From an uncultured Actinomycetes bacterium (lineage in GTDB: Bacteria; Actinomycetota; Thermoleophilia; UBA2241): a stretch of DNA of 39,896 nt. Shown in pieces: positions 9,758 to 18,130 of the stretch. Each line of letters opens with the position of its first letter. Positions within the stretch are counted from its first letter, which is position 1. The stretch covers positions 1 to 39,896 of the forward strand of contig CAVWIH010000004.1 in the NCBI GenBank assembly GCA_963755025.1, in the 5' to 3' direction. The translations under genes and the position numbers were made by a program. Below the pieces are notes generated by a model. The model saw only the letters and a list, made by a program, of their open reading frames with translations. It searched no databases and was not told the DNA's origin.

Positions 9758-10713
9758 TGGAGGTCGTCACCGACCTCGCCGCCGCGCCGCGGCGGCCGCG
9801 CAGCATCGCCCTCGGCACCTTCGACGGCGTGCACGCCGGTCACCAGCTCGTCGTCGGCGTGGCCGTCAACGCGGCTCGCGAGCGTGGCCTCTCAGCGACC
9901 GTGGTCACCTTCGACCGCCACCCGCTGGCCGTGATCGACCCCGGCCATCAGCCGCGCCTGCTCACGCCGCCGGCCGTCAAAGAAGAGCTCATCGCCGCGC
10001 TCGGCGTCGACGAGCTCGTCGTGCTGCACTTCGACGCCGCCCTCGCGGCCCTCGCCGCCGACGACTTCTGCCGCGACGTGCTGGCCGACACGCTGCAAGC
10101 GGCCGTCGTCGCGGTGGGGGAGAACTTCACCTTCGGCGCGCGCGGCGCCGGCACGGCCGCCTCGCTCGCCGCCTGCGGCGACGCCTGCGGCTTCGAGGCC
10201 ATCGTCGTGCCGCTGTTGCAGTCGCACGGGCGCCCCATCAGCTCGTCGCGCATCCGCCGGCTGCTGCACGACGGCCGCCTGCCCGAGGTACGCGCCATCC
10301 TCGGCCGGCCGCCGCGCCTGACCGGCGTCGTCGTGCACGGCGACAAGCGCGGCCGCACCCTCGGCTTTCCGACCGCCAACATCGAGGCGCACACCGGCAT
10401 GCTCTTTCCGGGGCGCGGCGTGTACGCGGCCCGCGCCAAGGTGCGCGACCGCTGGTACCGGGCGGCCGTCAACGTGGGCCACAACCCGACCTTCCTGCAC
10501 CGCGGCGACGAGACCGCGTTCGTGCGCATCGAGGCCTTTCTGCTCGACTTCGAGGGCGACGTCTACGGCGCCGACATGGTGGTCGACTTTCTCGCCAAGC
10601 TGCGCGACGAAGAGACCTTCCCGGGGCCCGACGCGCTGGTCGCACGCATGCACGACGACATCGCCCGCACGGTCGCCATGAGCGACCCCGCCTACCTCGA
10701 GCTGGGCCTTTGA
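9757..10713 (+). CDS. ribF: Bifunctional riboflavin kinase/FAD synthetase
   Basis: ALGTFDGVHAGHQ, ISSSRIR, GRTLGFPTAN. Confidence 0.96.
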   Translation: MEVVTDLAAAPRRPRSIALGTFDGVHAGHQLVVGVAVNAARERGLSATVVTFDRHPLAVIDPGHQPRLLTPPAVKEELIAALGVDELVVLHFDAALAALAADDFCRDVLADTLQAAVVAVGENFTFGARGAGTAASLAACGDACGFEAIVVPLLQSHGRPISSSRIRRLLHDGRLPEVRAILGRPPRLTGVVVHGDKRGRTLGFPTANIEAHTGMLFPGRGVYAARAKVRDRWYRAAVNVGHNPTFLHRGDETAFVRIEAFLLDFEGDVYGADMVVDFLAKLRDEETFPGPDALVARMHDDIARTVAMSDPAYLELGL

Positions 10714-10781
10714 GCGCTCGCCGGGGCGCCGCCGGCGGGGCCCGGCCGGAGCGGTCTCCTAGTTTGTCGCTACCCCTGCGT

Positions 10782-10871
10782 GTGGTACCCTACCGAACGA
10801 CCGTCTCTCGGTTCCGGGCCGCCATCCCGGTACTGGGTTTCCGGATCATCCCGTAAGGGAGGTGATTCCCC
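10782..10871 (+). promoter_or_regulatory. rpsO promoter and structured 5' leader (candidate S15 autoregulatory element)
   Basis: TGG-TACCCT extended -10 at ~10783-10791; hairpin ATCATCCC-GTAA-GGGAGGTGAT (10845-10866) pairs over the Shine-Dalgarno. Confidence 0.5.
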
Positions 10872-11141
10872 TTGGCATTCACAACCGAAGACAAACAAGC
10901 GATCATCTCGCGATTCTCAAAGCACGAAGGCGACACAGGGTCGCCCGAAGTGCAGGTGGCGTTGCTCAGCAAGCGCATCGACGACTTGACCGAGCATCTC
11001 AAGGTCCACAAGAAGGACCATCACTCCCGCCGAGGCCTGCTCATGATGGTCGGCCATCGCCGCCGTCTGCTCGACTACCTGCAGGCAAAGGACATGGAGC
11101 GCTACCGTTCCCTGGTGAAGGAGCTCGACCTGCGCAAATAG
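10872..11141 (+). CDS. rpsO: 30S ribosomal protein S15
   Basis: [12 protein letters not shown]...[16 protein letters not shown]; TTG start after GGAGGT. Confidence 0.98.
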   Translation: MAFTTEDKQAIISRFSKHEGDTGSPEVQVALLSKRIDDLTEHLKVHKKDHHSRRGLLMMVGHRRRLLDYLQAKDMERYRSLVKELDLRK

Positions 11142-11221
11142 GCGGGGGCCGTGTTTTTCCGTAACCGTGACTGGGCCTGCCCCGATGCGTATGGGGCGGC
11201 CGGAAGGATTCGAAGGTATAC

Positions 11222-13332
11222 ATGACAACCGTTCACACCGTTGAAGTAGAGGTCGGGGGACGCATCGTCACCCTTGAGACCGGCAAGCTCGCCAAGCAGG
11301 CAAACGGCGCCGTGCTCGTACGCTGCGAGGAGACCGTGGTGCTGGCCACCGCGGTGGCCCGCGAGGACATGCGCGAAAACCAGGACTTCTTTCCCCTGAC
11401 GGTCGACGTCGAGGAGCGCATGTACGCCGCCGGCAAGATCCCCGGCGGCTTCATCAAGCGCGAGTCGCGCCCGAGCGACAAAGCCACGCTCACCGCCCGC
11501 CAGATCGACCGGCCCATCAGGCCGTCGTTCCCCAAGGGCTTCATGAACGAAGTGCAGGTCATCGCCACCGTGCTGTCGTACGACCAGGACAACGCCTACG
11601 ACGTGCTCGCCATGACCGGCGCCTCGGCGGCCCTCACCATCTCCGAGATCCCCTTCCTCGGTCCGCTCGGCGCCGTGCGCGTCGCCCTGATCGAGGGCGA
11701 GTACGTCGTCAACCCGCTGCTCTCGCAGCTCGACGACGCCTCGCTCGATCTCGTGGTCTCCGCCAGCCGCGACGCCATCGTCATGGTCGAAGCCGGCGCC
11801 AACGAGGCCAGCGAGACCCAGGTCCTCGAGGGCCTGCGCATCGCCTACACCGAGATCCAGAAGCTGATCGACGCGCAGCTGCGCCTGCGCGAGCTCGCCG
11901 GCAAGCCCAAGTGGGACGTGCCGGTCGTCGAAGTCGACCGCGCCCTCTACGACGAGATCGTGCGCTCCTACGGCGCCGACGTCGACCGCGTCACCGCGAT
12001 CGAAGAGAAGAAAGCTCGCCAGGACGCCACGGTCGAACTACGCACACGCATCCTCGAAGCCCTCACCGCGGGCGTCGACGAAGCCGACGTGCGCGAACGC
12101 ACCACGCAGGTCAAGCGCGCCTTCGCACAGCTCGAAAAAGACGTCATCCGCCGCCGCATCGCCGTCGACAAACGGCGTCCCGACGGGCGCGCCACCGACG
12201 AGATCCGGCCGATCACCTGCGAAGTCGGCCTCATGCCCCGCACGCACGGCTCGGCGCTGTTCACGCGTGGCCAGACGCAGGCCCTGACGCTGCTCACCCT
12301 CGGCTCGACCGGCGACGCCCAGCGCTCGACACGATCAACCCCGAGACCTCCAAGAAGTACCTGCACCACTACAACTTCCCGCCGTACTCGGTGGGCGAGA
12401 CCGGTTTCATGCGCGGCCCCAAGCGCCGCGACATCGGGCACGGCGCCCTGGCCGAACGCGCACTGGTGCCCATGCTGCCCGACGAAAAGGGCTTCCCCTA
12501 CACCATGCGCCTCGTCTCCGAGATCCTCGAGAGCAACGGCTCGTCGTCCATGGCGAGCGTCTGCGGCTCCACCCTGTCGCTCATGGACGCCGGCGTGCAG
12601 ATCAAGGCGCCCGTGGCCGGCATCGCCATGGGGCTGATCAAGGAGGGCGACGACTACGTCGTGCTCACCGACATCGCCGGCGTCGAAGACCACCTCGGCG
12701 ACATGGACTTCAAGGTGGCGGGCTCGCGCCAACGGCATCACCGCCCTGCAGATGGACATCAAGATCTCGGGCGTGAGCTTCGAGATTCTGGCCGATGCCC
12801 TCGAGCAGGCCCGTCGTCGGCCGCCTGTTCATCCTCGACAAGATGCTCGCCACGCTGCCCGAGCCGCGCGCCGAGCTCTCGCCGTACGCGCCGCGCATCT
12901 TCACGATCCAGATCAACCCCGACCAGATCGGCATCGATCATCGGCAAGGGCGGCGAGACCATCAAGGGACTCTGCGAGGAGTTCGGCGTGCAGATCGACA
13001 TCGAAGACGACGGCACCATCTACGTCGCCGCCCCCGACATGGAGGCCGGCGAGGCGGTCACCGAGCGCATCCCGTCGATGACCAAGGACATCGAGGTCGG
13101 CGACATCATCACCGGCAAGGTGGTCAAGACCACCGACTTCGGCGCCTTCGTCGAGCTCAAGAAGGGCGTCGACGGGCTCATCCACATCTCCAAGCTCGGC
13201 GGCGGCAAGCGGGTCGACAAGGTCGAAGACGTCGTCACCCGCGGCGACACGATCACCGTCGAGGTCGTCGAGATCGACAAGGCGCGCAATCGCATCGGCC
13301 TCAGGCCGCTCGAGGCGCCGGTGGAGCGTTAG
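11222..13332 (+). CDS. pnp: Polyribonucleotide nucleotidyltransferase (PNPase); four 1-nt indels (~12325, ~12728, ~12812, ~12938)
   Basis: [66 protein letters not shown], then KH and S1 domains, distributed over three frames. Confidence 0.96.
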
Positions 13333-13347
13333 GGCCGGAGGCCGGCC

Positions 13348-14624
13348 ATCCAGGGCTTCCAGATCGCCACGCTCGACAATGGGCTGCGGGTCGTCACCGA
13401 GCCCATCGACGGCGTGCGGTCGGTCGCGCTCGGCAGTCTGGATAGGGGTCGGGTCCCGTCACGAGGACCCGGCCCGGGCCGGCATCTCGCACCTGATCGA
13501 GCACCTCATCTTCAAGGGCACGGCCGACTACTCGGCCTGGGACATCGCGCGCATCTTCGACCAGATGGGCGGTGAGCTGAACGCGGCCACCGCCAAGGAG
13601 TACACGCTGGTCCACGCGCGCTTCCTCGACGCTCACTTAGACGAGGCCTTCGCGGTCATGGCCGACATGGTCGTGCGGCCGCTCATGGCCGAGCTCGACG
13701 CCGAGCGCGAGGTCGTCCTCGAAGAGGTCGCCCTCTACGAAGACTCACCGTCCGAGCTCATCCACGACTACCTCGCCGAGACGGTCTTCTGGGAGCACCC
13801 GCTGGGCCGCCAGATCATCGGCACCGCCGAGACGCTGCAGGGCATGGACGAACCGGTCATCAGCGCCTATCACCGGCGAGCACTACGTGAGCCCGGCGAT
13901 CGTCGTCGCCGCGGCCGGCAACCTGCGCCACGAGCGCATCGTCGAGCTCGCCCAGCGGCACTTCGGCGCCGGCGCCGCCACCGCGCCGCCACCCGAACCG
14001 CGCCTGCGCCAGCCCAAAGCCCGCCACGACGCCTTCTTCATGCGCAAGGACACCGAGCAGTTCCACGTGTGCCTGGGGGCGCCGGCCATGTCGCGCACCG
14101 ACCCGCGGCGCTTCGCGCTGTCGGTCTTAGACACCGCGCTGGGCGGCTCGTCGAGCTCGCGGCTGTTCCAGGAGATCCGCGAGAAGCGCGGCCTGGTCTA
14201 CTCGGTCTACTCCTACACGTCGCTCTACGCCGACACCGGCATGGTGGCCATCTCGTTCGGCTCGCGGCCCGAAGGCCTGGCCGAGGTCATGCAGCTCTGC
14301 ACGACCGAGCTCGAGCACCTCGCCGACACGCTCACCGTCGAAGAGGTCGAGCGCACCAAGGAACAGATCAAGGGACAGATCGTGCTCAGCATGGAGAGCC
14401 CCTCGGCGCGCATGAACCGCCTGGGACGCAGCGTGCTCATGGGCCTCGAGATCCGCACGCTCGACGGCATGCTGGCCCAGGTCGAAGAGGTCGACACCGA
14501 AGCCGTGGTCGCTTTGGCTCGCGAGTTCTACGACGTGGGCACCTGGTCGGCCGTCTGCATAGGCCCCGAAGCGGCGCCGTTCCAGGCGACCGTCGACGGC
14601 TACAGATGGTGGGACCCGGAGTGA
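13348..14624 (+). CDS. M16 family (pitrilysin-like) zinc peptidase; frameshifts near 13435 and 13878; start uncertain
   Basis: [24 protein letters not shown] (HxxEH), [25 protein letters not shown]; usual pnp-M16-dapB synteny. Confidence 0.88.
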
Positions 14625-15418
14625 CCGGCGTCGTCGTGCTGGGGGCGCTGGGGCGCATGGGTTCGCTGCTGTGCACGACGATCGAGCGCCAGAGCGACCT
14701 CACGCTGGTGGCGCGCGTCGATCCCGCACCGGCCCCGGTCGCCGCCGGCCCGGCGCCGGCCGCGCCGCTCTACGCCACGCTCGACGAGGCGCTCGCGGTC
14801 GCGCGCCCCGACGTCGCCGTCGATTTCACCGTGCCGGGCGCCGTGTTCGCAAGCGTCGGCGCTTCGCTGCGCGCGGGGCTGCCCACGGTGGTGGGCACCA
14901 CGGGACTCTCCGACGACCAGGTCGAGCGCCTGTCGGCCCTCGCCGCCGAGCGCGGCGCGGCCCTGCTCATCGTGCCGAACTTCGCCCTGGGCGCCGTGCT
15001 GCTCATGCAGTTCGCCGCCCAGGCCGCCCGCTACTTCCCGTCGGCCGAGATCATCGAACTGCACGAGCAGGGTAAGGTCGACGCCCCCTCGGGCACCTCG
15101 CTGCTCACCGCGCGGCGCATGGCGCAAGGCGGCGCCGCGCATCCGCACGGCGCCGACGAGAGCCGTCCGTCGCGGGGCCTCGCCGCCGACGGCGTGCGCA
15201 TCCACAGCGTGCGCCTGCCCGGCCTCGTCGCCCACCAGGAGGTCGTGTTCGGCGGCGAGGGGGAGACCCTCACCATCCGCCACGACTCGCTGTCGCGCGA
15301 ATCGTTCATGGGCGGCGTCCTGCTCGCCATCCGCCGCGTGCCCTCGCTGCAGGGCACGACCGTCGGGCTCGAGAGCCTGCTGGCCGACCCGAGCGTCGGT
15401 CAAGAGCCGAAGGGATAA
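14621..15418 (+). CDS. dapB: 4-hydroxy-tetrahydrodipicolinate reductase
   Basis: GALGRMG, VDFT, VVGTTG, PNFALG, ELHEQGKVDAPSGT, IHSVRLPGLVAHQEV. Confidence 0.95.
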   Translation: MTGVVVLGALGRMGSLLCTTIERQSDLTLVARVDPAPAPVAAGPAPAAPLYATLDEALAVARPDVAVDFTVPGAVFASVGASLRAGLPTVVGTTGLSDDQVERLSALAAERGAALLIVPNFALGAVLLMQFAAQAARYFPSAEIIELHEQGKVDAPSGTSLLTARRMAQGGAAHPHGADESRPSRGLAADGVRIHSVRLPGLVAHQEVVFGGEGETLTIRHDSLSRESFMGGVLLAIRRVPSLQGTTVGLESLLADPSVGQEPKG

Positions 15419-15423
15419 CGCCC

Positions 15424-16300
15424 GTGGAATCGTTCGGAGACATCCTGACCGCGATGGTCACCCCGTTCACCCTCGACCTGCAGGTCGACTACCTGGCGTT
15501 CGCGCGCCTCGCCGACCACCTGCTGGTCAACGGCTCCGACGGCCTGGTCGTGGCCGGCACCACCGGCGAGTCGCCCACCCTGACCGACGACGAGAAGGTC
15601 ACCCTGTTCCGCCACGCCGTCGAGGTCGCCGGCGGGCGCGGGCCGGTGATCGCCGGCACGGGCTCCAACGACACCGCCCACTCGGTCGCCCTCACGCGCC
15701 GCGCCGAAGACGCCGGCGTCGACGCCGTGCTGGTCGTCGCGCCCTACTACAACAAGCCGAACGAGCGCGGCCTGCGCGCCCACTTCGCGGCGATCGCCGG
15801 CGCCACCAACCTGCCGCTGATCATCTACAACATCCCGTCGCGCTGCGTGATCGACCTGTCGCCCGAGCTGCTGGCCGACCTCGCCGCCATCGACAACATC
15901 GTCGCCGTCAAGCAGGCCAACCCCGACCTCGGCGCGTCGCGGCGCCTGCTCGAGCTGTGCGACCTGGGCCTCTACGCGGGCAACGACGACATGACGCGCG
16001 ACGTCGCCGCCATGGGTGGCTGGGGCTGCATCTCGGTGGCCAGCCATCTGGTGGGGCCGCGCCTCAAAGAGCTCGTCGTGGCCGCGCGCGCGCGGCGACA
16101 CGGCGCGCGCCGACGCCATCGACACCGAGCTGGCGCCGCTGATCGCGGCGCTGTTCGTGACGAGCAACCCGATACCGCTCAAGGCGGCGCTCAACATGCT
16201 CGGTCACGAGGTGGGGGGCCTGCGCCTGCCGCTGGTCGACGCCTCCGACGACGAACGCCGCGCCGTCGAGGTCGAGCTCGCGAGGCTCGGCCTGCTGTAA
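15424..16300 (+). CDS. dapA: 4-hydroxy-tetrahydrodipicolinate synthase (frameshift in the GC run near 16090)
   Basis: TAMVTPF, GTTGESPTL, PYYNKP, YNIPSR, AVKQA; C-terminal NPIPLKAAL...LRLPL lies in the shifted frame. Confidence 0.95.
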
Positions 16301-16398
16301 GGCATGCCAAAGATTAGATGGTCGCGGGCGGCCGGGCTCCCCAAAGCGGAGCCGGTGCGCGCGGCCTCACTGGACAACACGAGGACAAGCTGAAGACT

Positions 16399-18063
16399 AT
16401 GAATGACAACACCCTGAAGATCATCCCGCTCGGCGGGATGGGCGAGATCGGCAAGAACATGACGGCCATCGAGTACGGCGGCAAGATCGTCGTGGTCGAC
16501 TGCGGGCTGGCCTTCCCGCGCGACGAGATGCTGGGCATCGACCTCGTCCTGCCCGACATCACCTTCCTGCGCGAGCGCCGCGACGACGTGCTCGCCTTTC
16601 TCATCACCCACGGCCACGAAGACCACTTCGGCGCGCTCGCCTACGTGCTGCGCGACATCAACGTGCCGGTCTACGGCAGCCGTCTCACGCTGGCCTTCGC
16701 CAAGTCGAAGCTCGACGAGCACGGTCTGCTCAAGGTCGTCGAGCTGAACGAGGTCACCGAAGACTCGGTGCTCGACCTCGCGCCGTTCACCGTGCGCTTC
16801 TGCGCCATGAGCCACAGCGTGCCCGACGCCCTCGCCATCGTCATCGAGACGCCCGAGGGCCGCATAGTGCACTCCGGCGACTACAAGTTCGACCACACGC
16901 CGATCGACGGCCGCGTGACCGACGTCAACAAGCTGGCGCAGCTCGGGCAGGAGGGCGTGCTCGCCCTGCTCGCCGACTCCACCAACATCGAGAGCGAGGG
17001 CAGCACCGGTTCCGAGAGCCAGGTCGGCCAGGCGTTCCATCGCATCTTCGCCGACTCCGACGGGCGCGTGCTCGTGGCCTGCTTCTCGTCGCACATCCAC
17101 CGCATCCAGCAGGCCGTGCAGATCGGCTACCTCCACGGCCGCAAGTTCGCCGTGTCGGGGCGCTCGATGGTCAAGAACGTCAACATCGCGCGCAACCTGG
17201 GCTACCTCAAGGTGCCCGACGACGCCCAGATCAAGCTCACCGAGATCGACAACTACCCGGCCGACCAGGTGCTCATCCTCACCACCGGCAGCCAGGGCGA
17301 GCCGCTGTCGGCGCTCTCGCGCATGGCCTGGGACGATCATCCCCAGGTCGAGCTGCGCCCCGGCGACACCATCGTCCTCTCGGCGCGGCCCGTGCCCGGC
17401 AACGAGATCAGCGTGATGGACACGGTCAACCGCCTCATGCGGTCCGGCGCCAAGGTGATCTATGGGAACAACAGCGGCGTCCACGTGTCGGGTCACGCCT
17501 CGCGCGAGGACCAGCGCATGCTGCTCAACCTGCTCAACCCGCGCTTCTTCGTGCCCGCCCACGGCGAGTACCGCCACCAGTTCCTGCACCGCGAGCTGGC
17601 CCGCGAGGTCGGCATCCCCGACGACCACATCTTCATCCTCGACAACGGCGACGTGCTCGAGCTCACCGCCGCCACCGCCGCGATCACCGGCAAGGTGCCG
17701 GCCGGCATGATGTTCGTCGACGGCCTGCAGATCGGCGGCGCCGAGCACGTGGTGCTGCGTGAGCGCCAGCAGCTCGCGGGCGACGGCATCCTCATCGCCG
17801 TCGTCACCGTGAGCGTGCAGACCGGCGAGACCGTGGCGCCGCCCGAGCTCGTGGCGCGCGGCTTCCTGTACGACGAAGACCACGAGCACGACCTGCTGGC
17901 CGAAGCCCGCGACGACCTTGTCGTGCGCCTGCGCGAGCTCACCAACGAGCACGCCACCGGCAAGCGCCTGCTGCGCGAGGACGTCCACGACGCGCTGGCC
18001 CAGTTCATCTACCGCCGCACCAAGCGCGAGCCGCTGATCATGCCCGTGGTGGTCGAGCTCTGA
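16399..18063 (+). CDS. rnj: Ribonuclease J
   Basis: IPLGGMGEIGKNM, ITHGHEDH, HSGDYK, TGSQGEP, HVSGHA. Confidence 0.97.
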   Translation: MNDNTLKIIPLGGMGEIGKNMTAIEYGGKIVVVDCGLAFPRDEMLGIDLVLPDITFLRERRDDVLAFLITHGHEDHFGALAYVLRDINVPVYGSRLTLAFAKSKLDEHGLLKVVELNEVTEDSVLDLAPFTVRFCAMSHSVPDALAIVIETPEGRIVHSGDYKFDHTPIDGRVTDVNKLAQLGQEGVLALLADSTNIESEGSTGSESQVGQAFHRIFADSDGRVLVACFSSHIHRIQQAVQIGYLHGRKFAVSGRSMVKNVNIARNLGYLKVPDDAQIKLTEIDNYPADQVLILTTGSQGEPLSALSRMAWDDHPQVELRPGDTIVLSARPVPGNEISVMDTVNRLMRSGAKVIYGNNSGVHVSGHASREDQRMLLNLLNPRFFVPAHGEYRHQFLHRELAREVGIPDDHIFILDNGDVLELTAATAAITGKVPAGMMFVDGLQIGGAEHVVLRERQQLAGDGILIAVVTVSVQTGETVAPPELVARGFLYDEDHEHDLLAEARDDLVVRLRELTNEHATGKRLLREDVHDALAQFIYRRTKREPLIMPVVVEL

Positions 18064-18082
18064 CGCTCTTGCGCACCTGATC

Positions 18083-18118
18083 CGGCGGGCGCGCCTAGGG
18101 TTCCGGGCGCGCCCGTCG
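18083..18118 (+). terminator. GC-rich stem-loop between rnj and ftsK
   Basis: CGGCGGGCGCGCC pairs with GGCGCGCCCGTCG (13 bp including one G-U); no U-tract. Confidence 0.4.
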
Positions 18119-18130
18119 AATAGCCCAAGC

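Noticed and set aside
11222-13332. pnp, dapA, miaA, dapL and dut as pseudogenes or programmed frameshifts
   Set aside because: All catalytic motifs are intact, there are no slippery heptamers, and the indels are scattered. Sequencing error is more parsimonious.
13637-14129. TTA codons in the M16 peptidase as bldA-type control
   Set aside because: Only isolated occurrences, and no evidence that this lineage uses bldA regulation.
13379-15418. Apparent M16-DapB fusion; likewise DapL-HflX (34868-36679)
   Set aside because: Artefacts of indels or open upstream frames; each downstream gene has its own start.
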